Of a DNA stretch of 64,000 bases, positions 24,199 through 36,600 are shown in pieces (positions within the stretch are counted from its first letter, which is position 1; each line of letters starts with the position of its first letter). Position numbers and translations under genes: made by a program. The notes below the pieces were generated by a model. The model had not been told where the DNA came from. It made no database searches and saw only the letters and a list, made by a program, of their open reading frames with translations. Origin of the DNA: Azolla caroliniana (lineage: Eukaryota > Plantae > Polypodiophyta); assembly GCA_043228905.1 (NCBI GenBank), contig JBHGNT010000012.1:19096001-19160000 (forward strand), in the 5' to 3' direction.

Positions 24199-27100
24199 TG
24201 TCGTGCCTTTCGGCTCCGGATCGTTGCGTGAGTCGGGTGGGAACCGCCGAGGTTTTGGACTAGGAGAAAGAAGAATATGAGATGAGGCTAGTAATAAATA
24301 GATTATTAGAAAGAGAGATAGAAATTTCGTGAATCCCACGAGTGTATTTTATTCGATTAATCAATATTTAGATAAGAATATGTATTTAGATTGAAAGAAA
24401 GATATAAGAAACTTGTGAATCCCACAAGTATAGATTATATTATTTTCGTGAATCCCACGATTATATTAATCGGTTGGTGTTTTCGGAAATATATCCAATT
24501 TCCAAATATTTCACAAACCTATTACATTGTGCTCCCCATCCTTATGTAGTGATGGGAGAGACTAAGCATAGCTACATGCTTTTTTTTTTTCTAATATGTT
24601 CATGCACACTAAATATGCATGTGATGCTTTTCTAATCCTTGCTTTTATTTGCTAAATATAGTGCTCATGCACGCTAGATGTGCATGAGTCACTTTTTTGT
24701 TGCTTGCGTTTTTCTATAAAATATTCACGCACTCTAAAAATGCACGATTTACCTTTTAATAAAGGTAGGCGCAAATAAAGCACTTATAGTTATTAAATCT
24801 ATTTATAGAACACTAAAGATAAGGTAGCATAATGGTAAAGTTGAAGTTTGGCTATGTGGAGGTACATGGTTTGAATCCTGCCCTATGCACGTGATAAATA
24901 TCTTGATATTCTTATTTTATTTATTGGTGATAAATATCTTAATATTATTATTTTATTTATTTATATGTAATTAAATCGGTTATATTATTTTTACTTTTTC
25001 ACGTAGTGTACGAAATACACTACGACACTCGCCCCCTCCGAACCCGCACATCCTCCGGTATGTGCCGAAGTTGCCGATGCTCGTTGTCTCCCCTTCATCC
25101 TCCGTTTGTCCCGCTATGTCAACTTTGTCTCTCCATTTTGAGTAGACCCATTCTTTCCACCCGAACCATTGTCGCCATCCGATCCACCATATTCTTTGTT
25201 CTCTCTCGTCATATTCTTGGCCCTTGTTATTCGTGGTAGTGTCTTTTACTGGCCTCTTTGTTGTCTTCATCAACCTTGACTTTTTTCCGGATCGCTCTCG
25301 TCCGATCAACTTTCGGTTTGATCGGCTTCCGATCGGATTCGTATTCGGCCAAGTCAGACTCAGTCGATCGGTTTTGACCAAGTCGACCCCTTTTCGGGTC
25401 GGCTTTCTTTCGGGTCGTCTTTCGGCCGAATCCTCATTCGCCCGATTCAGCTTTCGTTTGTGTCGTCTTTCGGCCGAATTCTCTTCCTTTCGGTTCGGCT
25501 TTCTTTCGAGTCGTTTTTCGGCCGAATCCTCATTCGCCCGGTTCGGCTTTCTTTCGGATCGGAATCCCGTCCGGATCACCTTCCATCCTAACTGGCTTCC
25601 GACTTTACCTTTCTTGCCGCCACCTCCCGTCTCTCCGGTCTCACGTTGCTTCTCAGACACAACCGCCGAAGTCTCTAGGATTAGTGGGTAGGAATCCTCG
25701 GTATTATCATCCTCCATTGTTTCACCCATAGCCATATTCTCGGCTATCTCTCCGTCGTATGCATCGACTTCGACCTTTGTTTTCTCTCCGCCACCTTCCG
25801 TCTCTTCGGTCTCATGTTGCCTTTCGAACGCAACCGCCGGAGTCTCTAGAATTAGTGGTGGGGAAGTCTCGATATGGCCATCCGTCGTTGATTCGTCCAT
25901 AGCCACCTTCAATTCGATGTCATCTTTCGTGGTGACCTCCTCAATCAAGTCCTCCTTGCTCTCTTTCACTGCATCAATTATGCAAACATCAATTATGCTT
26001 ACCCCTTTTTCACCCGATGTTTCGGACACTTGTATTCCGAAATCTTCTTCTACACTTGGGTTATCGGCCTTATCCTTTGTCGTTGTTCTTTCGCAAGACA
26101 AGAGGGTAGCTTGTTTTACACCCTCTTCCATTGCACCATCATGTTGTATTTCGGCCTTCATATCGGCTCCATCGTTTGTCTTCAATCGACCATCCTTCAT
26201 CGGCCATGTCGTTGACAAGATTCTCATCTTCCTCTCATCATGTCTCCGGCATACCCTTTGGACTTCGGCCCAATCTTCGGTAAGACCATTCGTACCTTCA
26301 TCGTCTTCGAGTTCGATCCCGATGTCCATCCTTTCTTTTCGATCGATCGATTTTACGAACATTAGGACTTTATCCTCTCCCACCAATCGTTGTTCCCGCT
26401 CCGAGAGTCGAGCAAAACGATGCTCGAACTCTAGGAATGCTTGTGTTGCACTTCGGTGGGTCTTCTTCGATGCCACCCATTCGTCGAATTCTCGCCGATC
26501 TTGTCCCTTCGATCTCTTGTAATCATATGCCTCTCGTAAAGCTTCTTCGAATGACCCACATGTCGAGTTTTGTTGCCGTATCTTGTGGATTCTCTCTTGT
26601 AGCTCATCCGTGGCCACCCGATTGAAGGATGTCACTTGCAATCCTTCCGGTATCCCACATTGTATCATCTCCGCCTTGTAGTCACGTAGATAGCGTGACA
26701 CATCGTTTCCGTTGAATTGTCCGTTTCGTTGTACGAGCCGCTTTACTGCCCCCGTGATCTCCGACATCACTCGTTGTTCTTGTAGCATCCGCTCGAACAT
26801 CATCATCATTGTTATACTCATTGCCTCTTGTTGATTCTCCATCTCCTTGCCACCCGCCTTCACGTCGGGTTCACCAACTGTGTCGTGCCTTTCGGCTCCG
26901 GATCGTTGCGTGAGTCGAGTGGGAACCGCCGAGGTTTTGGACTAGGAGAAAGATGAATATGAGATGAGGCTAGTAATAAATAGATTATTAGAAAGAGAGA
27001 TAGAAATTTCGTGAATCCCACGAGTGTATTTTATTCGATTAATCAATATTTAGATAAGAATATGTATTTAGATTGAAAGAAAGATATAAGAAACTTGTGA

Positions 27101-27707
27101 ATCCCACAAGTATAGATTATATTATTTTCGTGAATCCCACGATTATATTAATCGGTTGGTGTTTTCGGAAATATATCCAATTTCCAAATATTTCACACAC
27201 CTATTACATTGTGCTCCCCATCCTTATGTAGTGATGGGAGAGACTAAGCATAGCTACATACTTTTATTTTCTAATATGTTCATGCACACTAAATATGCAT
27301 GTGATGCTTTTCTAATCCTTGCTTTTATTTGCTAAATATAGTGCTCATGCACGCTAGATGTGCATGAGTCACTTTTTTGTTGCTTGCGTTTTTCTATAAA
27401 ATATTCACGCACTCTAAAAATGCACGATTTACCTTTTAATAAAGGTAGGCGCAAATAAAGCACTTATAGTTATTAAATCTATTTATAGAACACTAAAGAT
27501 AAGGTAGCATAATGGTAAAGTTGAAGTTTGGCTACGTGGAGGTACATGGTTCGAATCTTGCCCTATGCACGTGATAAATATCTTGATATTCTTATTTTAT
27601 TTATTGGTGATAAATATCTTAATATTCTTATTTTATTTATTTATATGTAATTAAATCGGTTATATTATTTTTACTTTTTCACGTAGTGTACAAAATACAC
27701 TACGACA
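24199..27707 (-). mobile_element. non-autonomous gag-only LTR retrotransposon (TR-GAG-like), young
   Basis: Near-identical LTRs 24199-25027 and 26881-27707; 4-bp TSD ACGT; PBS TGGTGAACCCGACGTGA (tRNA-Trp type) at 26860-26876; PPT GGAGGGGGCGAG at 25028-25039; no pol. Confidence 0.95.
24980..26842 (-). CDS. gag: Gag-like protein with acidic and basic repetitive C-terminal extension
   Basis: Uninterrupted frame from ATG 26842 (MENQQ...FNGNDVSRYLRDYKAEM...), filling the whole internal region; the stop lies inside the 3' LTR. Confidence 0.8.
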   Translation of the reverse strand: MENQQEAMSITMMMMFERMLQEQRVMSEITGAVKRLVQRNGQFNGNDVSRYLRDYKAEMIQCGIPEGLQVTSFNRVATDELQERIHKIRQQNSTCGSFEEALREAYDYKRSKGQDRREFDEWVASKKTHRSATQAFLEFEHRFARLSEREQRLVGEDKVLMFVKSIDRKERMDIGIELEDDEGTNGLTEDWAEVQRVCRRHDERKMRILSTTWPMKDGRLKTNDGADMKAEIQHDGAMEEGVKQATLLSCERTTTKDKADNPSVEEDFGIQVSETSGEKGVSIIDVCIIDAVKESKEDLIEEVTTKDDIELKVAMDESTTDGHIETSPPLILETPAVAFERQHETEETEGGGEKTKVEVDAYDGEIAENMAMGETMEDDNTEDSYPLILETSAVVSEKQRETGETGGGGKKGKVGSQLGWKVIRTGFRSERKPNRANEDSAEKRLERKPNRKEENSAERRHKRKLNRANEDSAERRPERKPTRKGVDLVKTDRLSLTWPNTNPIGSRSNRKLIGRERSGKKSRLMKTTKRPVKDTTTNNKGQEYDEREQRIWWIGWRQWFGWKEWVYSKWRDKVDIAGQTEDEGETTSIGNFGTYRRMCGFGGGECRSVFRTLREKVKII

Positions 27708-27762
27708 ACGTAACACCTAGCATGCCTGTGGGACAGTGCCCTAGCATGTTGAACCCATCCCG

Positions 27763-30684
27763 TTAATCTTCTTCCAAAATGGCCCGAATGTTTGGCTCTG
27801 CTATGGTGTCCGCATCCGGAGGCGACGTAGGGCCTGTAGGTGCATCGTGGTGTGGTTCCCCCGTTTGGTCGGGAGGGCTTCTCCTGGGGTCGCGGTCGTC
27901 CTGTGTGGGCGGTCCGGATACGATGGGCTCTTCTTGGGCTAGTGGGTTGGGCTCAACCGTCGTCGTGCTTGCGGTCGATCGCGGCTCTGTCTCAAACGTT
28001 ACTTCCTCCGTGGTGTCGACCGTCGTTGTACGCTCCGGGGAGTGGGGTTGCGGTTCCGCTTGGTCCGCAACGTTCTCCGTGTGGTCGGCCGATAGCGTGG
28101 GCTCCTGTAGATGGGGTTCCTCTTGGGCAGTGGTTTCGTTGTCTGGTAATGTGGGGGACTCCACTCGTCGTTCCGCACTGTTCACCGTCGTTGTAATTTA
28201 TGGTGACCTAGCCTGAGGTTCCTCGTCTTCGGTAGTGCCAGGAATTGGCGTCGCGATGGATTCCTCATTTGTTCGCGTGCGGCCGGCTTGTGTGATCTAG
28301 TGAAATAGCTCCTCCTGGCTTTCACCAAAATCATCTAAGAGCTGTGCGAGTTCTTCAGAATGTTGGTCCGCGAGTGCGCGATAGTCTTGCGCTAGGTCCT
28401 CGCGTACTGCCACAATACTCTCCTCATTGAGTTTATAGAAACCTCGGCCGTCTTTTCGCCGGTTCTCCCAGTCCGCATAATACGCATGCAATTCCGCTGC
28501 TTGGGCTGCCCACGCCATCCATCCTTTGTCTAGCACCGTTTTCAATTGTGCTGTGAACCTCTCTCGATTTGTTTGTAGAAGGATACGCACGTTGTCTGTG
28601 ATGGCCTGGAAATGGTTGCGTGCTTCTTCCACCGATTTCTTGAGGTTTGCAATTTCTTGTTGACTAACCGCCGCTGCTTCTTCGTACGTGGTCTTCAGGC
28701 CCACCCACAGCTGGGATTCCTTTGCATGGAGTTCTTCTAATTTCCCCATTTCATTATTTAGGCGGATTTCGAGTTGATGCCTTCTTTCCTGTTCGCCCAC
28801 CAGCTGCTCGTCGAACCATACCTTCTTTTTCTCCAATAAGGTCCGGAGTCCTGCGATTGCAGCCTCCGATTTCTTCGCTTCCTCCTATAATTGGGCGTTT
28901 TCGTCTTTTGTCCGGATGTGTTGTGCTACCTCCGCAACAAGTTTCTCTTCAAGGGTTTTACTGCCTTCCGGCCGTTAGCCCGGATCTCCTTTTCCTTGTC
29001 TGAGGATTGGCGCAATTCAGCTCGAAGGCGGTCAATTTCTGATTCTGCTAGTTGTACGGCCCTTTTTGCTTTTGAGGCAATGGCGGTCTGAGCCTCAATC
29101 TCTTCCTTCAAGGTGTCGATGGCGTGCTTTGGTGGTGGAGTTGCCTGTTTCGCCGTAGTCGCGTTAGTTTCCAACTCTACGATGCATTTGTTGGCTTTTT
29201 GCAGCTCGGCTTGGGTCAGTTTCACCTTCTTCCAGACATTCTTATTTTTAATGGCCATCTCCTTGGCGCCCGTGCTGACCTTTGCCAGTTCCCTATGGAA
29301 TTCCCCTAGGGCTGTGTTTAATGGGGGTAGCTCCATCCCCACTCGGCGTATACCGGCGTTCCTCTGTCTACCGACTTTGGCTAGCCAGTCCTCATCGTCG
29401 CTCTCTATCGTTTGTGTTAGGGCGCGCTCGATCATCTGGCGCTACGCGTGTTCCCCGGCCATTCGTTGTGAGGCCTTTATCTGTTACGTTGCCAGGAATT
29501 CCATGAGCTCAAAAGAGGTGTCGTACTGCAAGAGGACGTTGAACTCATGGGCCATGTCCGGGATATCTGGATATGCCAAAACCTCGCTTTCCGCCATCAA
29601 TACGGCTTTCCCTCGTTGTGACTGGGCCATAATGATCGGTCGTGGCTTCTGAATGATTTCGAAGGTGGTGTTGGGCTCCGTAGCTGTGGAGCTATCGCCT
29701 TCGGTCATTGTATCTGCCGCTGTGGGTACGTCCTTGACTAATCCCCGCCCATCTTTCCTGTCCAACCTTCGCCGTTTTGGTCTGGGGCTATCCTGCCGTG
29801 TTTCGGCGTCTGGCTCTGGGGCTACTTCCGTGGAGCATGCCGCATGTTCTTCCTACGTTGTCCGTGTGTTTGGCTGCGAGGGTAGGGGTTCCTCTTCCCA
29901 CTCTGTGGCAGCTAACTCCGCTAACCTGCGCTTCGTGGATCGGGGCGGAGGCGTGGGTCTGCTGGGCTACGGTGCCAGCAAGCCTCGGGGTGGGAACAAC
30001 ACCGTCAGATACTGTTGTATGATCGTCCTGAGCTTCTTGCCTCCCTGATACGCATGCAGGCCTTCCCTTAATGCCGGTCCCATGATGACCCCCCAATCGA
30101 CCGCACGCCCTTCAAAGGTATCAATAATGATACCCCCCTTCTGCGGGCATCCCATATGCGTTGATGTGTACGCATCCGACCTCTAATAGGAACTTGGCGA
30201 CTTCATAGAAGAAGGGATCCGGGATCTGCTTTGTTCTATAGGCCTTGGCAGAGGAGGAATATGGGCCAAAATATCTCTGCAGCGCCTCTACAGGAGGGAT
30301 TTCGAAATGCCTCTCGCCTAGTGATGACAGGTCTAACTTTTTCCGGATGGAAGAGTTGGTGACCGTGTCGATATTAAGTTTTTTGGCGATGTCCATCGCA
30401 TCCGGGTGTGGAGGTGCCTCTGCGACCCGAATGTACCCATCTAGGCGTTTCTCCACGAGCCATCGGCATAAGGCGGTAGAGATAAAGATCGGCATCGCTA
30501 GAGTAGGCTTGTGGGGAGGAGACTGGTGGTTGCGGTTGGCTGGAGCTCTGTGAGAGGATGGAGGAGAAGGTGAGGGAGGGGAGCGATGAGAGCGCTGAGA
30601 GTTAGAAGGTGGGTTTCTATTATGTGCAGAAGATCTTTTATTTTCTTCTTTTTGTGGCCTAGGGTTCATTGGGCGGTGAGCCAT
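27763..30684 (-). pseudogene. G2 extra ORF 3' of pol (globular domain plus coiled coil), fragmented
   Basis: WLVEKRLDGYIRVAEAPPHPDA...YFGPYSSSAKAYRT matches G1 WLKQHGLEGFLRIMEAPPHKEA...YFGEYSLASKAYRT; ends IRAILEED*. Confidence 0.75.
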
Positions 30685-33600
30685 CGTAGTGCCGCGGGTT
30701 CTCCGGCTTTGTCCTGTCCGGCGGTGAATGGGTTAGGGCGCTCAACCGACCACGAAATCCTTTTCCCGTGCGTTCCGATGTCGATCCACAAACTTTTTAT
30801 GCCGTCGCTGTTCCGGCTCCAACACAGCCATGTTGTGTACACGTTTTTCGCCAAGTTCGAGTAGTTGGTGGAGCCGTACCTCCTCCAACTTGCCTTCCGA
30901 TAGTCGGTTCCGTACCTGAATCCGTAAACTGGGTATCTGAAACTCTACCAGCATCATGGCCTCCAGCCCAAACACTAGTCGAAACGGTGTTGATTGTATG
31001 CTTGTTTTGTAGCTGGTTCTGTATGCCCATAACGCACTCTGTAATTTGGTATCCTAGTTCGTTCTATTTTCGTTGACGATTTTCTTTAAGATGGTCTGCA
31101 ACGTCTTGTTGGTGGATTCCGCTAACCCATTCGCCTTTGGGTAATATGGCGTACTTTTCTTGTGGACTACGGCATAATGATGCGTTAGTTCTCAAACGAC
31201 TGTATTGAGAAAGTGGCTCCCCTGGTCACTGATAAGCTCAATCGGATAGCCGAACCGACACTAGATGTGTTCGTAAAGGAATCTCGCTGTGAAGGCCGCC
31301 GTATTCTCCCATAGTGCCTTTGCTTCTACCCACTTGGTGCAGTAATCCGTGGCTACCAATATGTATTTATTGCCCGTACAGGCCGCCGCCAGTGTGAAGG
31401 GGCCCACAAAATCCAATCCCCACTTTTGGAAGGGATCTAACGGTAATACAGGCTGGTGAGGCATCCTTGCGCCCTCCATGGGTTGGCCCATCCGTTGACA
31501 CAAATCGCACTTCCTGCAATACTCGTATGCATCCTTCTGTGTAGTCAGCCACCATAGGCCTGCTTGCCATATTTTCCGGGTTGTAACATCGCCCACGTAA
31601 TGGTCGCCTGCCGTACCGCAATGAGCCTCCCGTAAGACTGCTTCTTTCTCATCTTGACGTACCCCGCGCCGCCAAATACCAGGCAGAAGTTACGGCTTCG
31701 GACGACTAATCGTTTCTTCTCGTCCGTGCGTAATTGTGGTGGAGGCAGTCCCGTAGTCAAAAAGTATGTCATTTCCATAAGCCACCAGTCCGGAAAGGTC
31801 GATTCCGTTCTTTCTGCTAGTGCTGCTACCCGTAGAATGTCGGCGTCCGGAAAGTCGTCATCCGGAAAGTCGTCGTCGTCCTTCTATACTATTTCTCCAT
31901 TATCGAGTCTGCTCAAAAAATCTGCCACTACGTGTTGCGTCCCCGGGCGATGCTGAATTACAAAATTGAATTCTTGAAGTAGCAGCATCCATCACACCAA
32001 TTTCATCATTAGGGCATGTTTCTCCACCAAATACAGCAGTGCCGAATGATCCACGTGGAACGTGAATTTCCTCCCTAGTAAATAATGTTGGAATTTATTG
32101 ATGTTATAGATCATCCCTAGCGCCTCCTGCTCCATTGTGGAATAGTTACGCTCTGCTATTGATAATTTGCGGCTAGCGTAGTACACTGGCCGGTACCAAC
32201 TTGGTTCGGTGAGCTGCATTAGTGCACTCCTTATTGCTATGTTTGAGGCGTCTACGAACACGTGGAATGGCTTCGCCCAAATTGGTGGTTGTACGACGGG
32301 GGCCTGTGTGAGCATTATCTTAAGCGCCTCATAGGCCTTATCCTCCGTTGCGGTCCATTGGAAGGGAGTCCGGTGCACGACAGCATGTAACGGCGTGGCG
32401 AAGTCCGCCAAGTATCGTATCATCCGACTATGCCATCGTATTTGTCCTAAAACCGGCTGAGTGATTTCGCGTTTGTCAGAGTTTTGGCCTGCGTAATCGC
32501 GGAGATCTTGTTCGGATCGACCGTTATTCCATCCTTGCTAACTATATGGCCTAGGAGGGTCCCATTGGTCACGCCGAAGGCACATTTCGCGGGATTCAGG
32601 CTTAAGTGTGTGGTGCGGCAACGTTCCAGGCACAGTCGCAAATGCGTAAAATGGTCGATTGTTTTCCCATATACCACAACGTCATCTAAAAAAACTTGCA
32701 TGAACGCCGGAATATATTCCCCAAAGATCTCTGTAATTGTCCGTTGAAATGTTGCCAGCGCCGTCTTTAGCCCAAACACCATGACGACTTCCACATAGAC
32801 TCCCCAGTCCATGACAAATGTCGTCTTCTCTTGGTCATCGAGATGCATGCGTACCTAGTTATACCCACTGAAACCATCTAAAAAACTGTACATCTCATGT
32901 CCTGCGACGGCGTCTAGTACGCTATCGGTGAATGGTAACGGGAATGTGTCTGTAATGGTTACGGCGTTTAATTTTCAGTAATCCACGCATACACGTATTT
33001 TGCCGTTTTTCTTTGGAACGACTACTATCGGACTTAACCATGTGGCTTGTTTAACCGGCCGTATGAATCCCGCTTTTAGGAGTTTGTCAATTTCTTCTTT
33101 TACGCGGGTCACGTAGTTCGGGTTCATGCGGTAGCAGCGTTGCTGGACGGGTTTTGCGTTGGTTGCTAAATTGATCTTATGTTGATAGAACTTTGGATCT
33201 AACCCCTTCATGTCCTCGTGAGCCCATGCGAACACATCTTTATATTTCTTGAGTAGTTCGATCATCGTGTCTCTCTGGTCCGGCCTTAATTCCTTTGCGA
33301 TGGAGAGAAAACGGGGTTCTAACTCCGTACCCACGTTTACTTCTTCCAGGGCCGAGGCGGTAACTCGCCGTGAAATTTCCATTTCCCTCTCAAATGTTGC
33401 TCGTGCTCTGCTTAGTTCCAATATGGACTCCGGGTTTGGTTCGTAAGCCTCGTCGTGGAGAATAATGGTCGTGGCATATTCTGTCACGGTTGTGATGACG
33501 TCGATTTCGAACAGCGGAATGATCCGAGGGTGCTCGTCTAGGTATGCCTCTAATTTTGCATCCTCCACCCCTGCCAACATATTTATATCTTCTGCATATA

Positions 33601-35608
33601 CGGTGTTATACCCTTGGATTGTGTCGCGCTTGCCTCCGTAGGTATGCGAACCTTAGTGTGTCCATGTCGGAAATTGATACACTTGTGTTGCGAGCTTTGC
33701 TTGATGTTTGCTGCCCGAAGCCACGATCTGCCTAGCAGCACAGGGTATGCCCCTAGGGCGTCCAGGGCGAGGACTACCGCCGAGATGTCGAAGCGATGTC
33801 CTCCCACAATAATTCCTATCTTGCGTATCAACCCCAATGGTCGTACTAAGCGGGTATCTGCCATACGGCGCCAGAATGGGCAAGCCTCCCATTCTGAAAT
33901 GCCTAACTGCTCGCATGTTTTCGCGCTAATCACATTAACGCCTGAGCCACCATCAATTACGCATCCTGGGATTTCCTATCCCTGTAATATCAATGTAATA
34001 GTCGGGTTGTGGTGATCCACTACAGGCGGTCCGTCGCTAACGTCCGTAAGGTTCGTAGCGACGCTCACCCCGGGTATGCTCGTCACCCGTTCTTCCATGG
34101 TCTGGTGGAAGTGTGGGACTAACTGCAACAACTTCTCCATGGTTAACATTATCTCGCAGCCCGCTAACGCTTGCCAAATGGAGTTTGGGGCTGGTCCTTC
34201 GTCCTCCACTCGCTCCATCGTATTCGCGGACTCCTTCTGCATGCGCTCTGTATTTGTCGCATTTGCTTTTTCAACCCATGCATGGGCTTGTCATCGTATC
34301 TCATCTTGCGTGGCCCAATCAGCGATTTTTGTTTGCTGGCGTGTCGTGACTTGCTGCACTTCCGCCGTAATCGTATTGACGGCGGGCCCCTTGCCCTTGC
34401 GGGCTGGGCATTGCGTGGTATAATGTCCGGGTTGCTGACAAACAAAACAGTGGATGCTCGATTCGCCCTTCTCGGCTCCTGGTGGTGTGTGTCGATCCCC
34501 TGGTGCAACTTGCTCTCACGGTCCTGACACGTTTGTCGAAACGTACGCGGTGGTTGTTGTTGGTCCCGACGTGGTTCTTGGTGTCACTCATCGCCCGAGC
34601 TTTCGTCATATCGCCGGTGGTCTCGATATTGCCCCTGCTTCCCACGATAACCATTGAAGCTGCCACGTTTGTTTGTCGGCCGGTGATTCTCATAGTGCCG
34701 GCCTCCTTTAGCATACTCGGGGGACCACGATAATCATCATCCTCTGGTTCGTCTTCCTCGGAATCGTTGTGAGTCCGGCAATTCCGGTGGTGCCGGTCGT
34801 CACGTGGGTTGCGATCCACATACCGTGGTCGGTCTTCTTGCCTCCTTTGTTTAGTACGTTGTGGGGGACGTTGTGTGTCCATGTTGTGTACTGTGGGAGC
34901 GGCTCTGTTCAGCATATTGTATTCGCATTGTTCGACTGTGTGAGCCTTCAAGTGGCAATTTGGGCAGTGGATTCGCATGTTGCACTCCACTGCGGAATGC
35001 CCCGATTTCAAGCAAATCGTGCATTGGATTGCTTGATGAAACTGTCGTTCCTCGTCTTGAGGTAACACTTGTCGTAATGAGGACATAGAAAACCTTTCCT
35101 CCTCCTCGTCCAGCTCGAGCGGTAACGCTCGTTCAATGACCATATCCGTCGTTTCCCCTTTCACGCTATTGTTGTTGAGCGTTGTCCGTATGGGTCAGCG
35201 TAATGCTGCAAAAAATGTCTCTCGAGTCTCGTCCTCTACGGGGCTCCGTTCCAGTTTCCGCCGTAAATTTTGGAAACGTAAGTTGAAGTCTGCGATCGTC
35301 TCGGTAGGCAGTTGCTTAATTGTGTAGAACTGTCCGAGGATTTCACGTTGTGGAACCCTTCGATGGAAGAACCGCAAAAAGGCAGACTGCAACTGATCGA
35401 AGGTCGTGATTTCTGGCAAATCCATCTAGGAATGCCAAAACACCGCTCACCCATCCAATGTTAACCCAAACTCCTTCATTTTGGATTGTTGCGCTACCGC
35501 CTCAGAAAGGCTCTGTGCCATGTGGTTTGCATTCCAGACATTGAGGAACATGCGAATATGAGTTGCGGCGTCAATTTCGCCGTTAAAGCGGGGATAGGCA
35601 AAGGCCAT
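30666..35608 (-). pseudogene. gag-pol: G2 gag-pol, disrupted
   Basis: gag MAFAYPRFNGE..., CTICLKSGHSAVEC; RT WLSPIVVVPKKNGKIRVCVDY, FLDDVVVY; RH VDASN...NYSTMEQEAL; [12 protein letters not shown]...[14 protein letters not shown]. Confidence 0.92.
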
Positions 35609-35896
35609 GTTAGGGGCTACGGCAGGTCGGGGAAGACCACAGTGTTGTTGTGGTGAGCGTGCTCCCCGTGTATCGTCGAGGTATTTGGAGAGCAGAAAAT
35701 CACCTTTGTGATCATGACAGGTAGTACTGAGGTCGTTGAGGCGAGGCTTTTGCCGTGCGCGTTCCTCTGCCTGGCGTGTGATGGACCTTGTGATTGGCCG
35801 GTCTTGTTGTGTTGGTTCTTTGGGGCGTCTGCGGCTAAACATCCATTCGTCGTTGTTCGTCTGTGAGAAGACACAGATCACCAAGCGTGCCAAAAG

Positions 35897-36344
35897 TGTT
35901 ACCGATTAGGAACACGGTCTACGGTCAGTCCTTCGACCTAGACCTCCAAGTGACTGTGAAACAACGAATGGTGGCGTCTATGCGTAATACGTAGGGGAAT
36001 GTTCCCCGTAACCTAGCAACGTATAAGGGAGACGGCTACAACCGAACTCCTTAACAGTGGCTATACACTCACATTGCTTACTTCTACACTCTCAGGTATT
36101 ACAGGCACATAATAGATTAGGTGTAGCTATACACAGGTATCACAGAAGATAGAATTCTATTACGATACGCTTCTTTACATTCCAAAATTACACGCTACCT
36201 CTATCAAAGGTTTTCTGCCCTTTATATGCGCAAGGTCTTTTTAGCCGTTCATGCTTCCTGCGTGAACCGTTACATGCGTTACAATCTATTATTATTTCCT
36301 ATTCCTACGCTCTTGTCCGTCGGTTACTATTTCGGTGGACAACA
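35897..36344 (-). repeat. 5' LTR of G2
   Basis: Direct repeat of 23638-24085; PBS 4 nt inside. Confidence 0.95.
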
Positions 36345-36600
36345 CCACCAGCAATAAATCATCAAAAAACTCTCAGGCTTCAATTATTGCTCCACACTTA
36401 AAGTACCAACAAAAGGATCTTTTTCCAATCCTTCTTTAGCATTCACCAAAGCATTGTTAAGCATGATATCCTCCTCCATGAAGAGACCTTTATTTATACT
36501 CTCATCATGAATCTTTTCCCCTTTTACACTAAATCCAGTGTTTCCAAAAGCCTTTAGGATGAAAAAATATGTGATCCTATCTGGTGAGAGTGCAATTTTA
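36345..36600 (-). pseudogene. PLS-class PPR pseudogene, 5' piece
   Basis: Minus strand reads LSPDRITYFFILKAFGNTG...GEKIHDESINKGL...IMLNNALV and YFKCGAIIEA*EFFDDL. Confidence 0.7.

Larger units (their letters stand above)
23638..36344 (-). mobile_element. complete Ty3/gypsy non-chromovirus element G2, degenerate
   Basis: 448-bp LTRs at 23638-24085 and 35897-36344; TSD CCACC (23633-23637 and 36345-36349); PBS TGGCACGC at 35885-35892; gag, PR, RT, RH, INT, extra ORF. Confidence 0.96.

Noticed and set aside
24199-27707. Retrozyme (hammerhead ribozyme in a non-autonomous LTR element)
   Set aside because: I saw no CTGANGA...GAAA core with flanking stems in the LTRs by eye; an Infernal search would be decisive.
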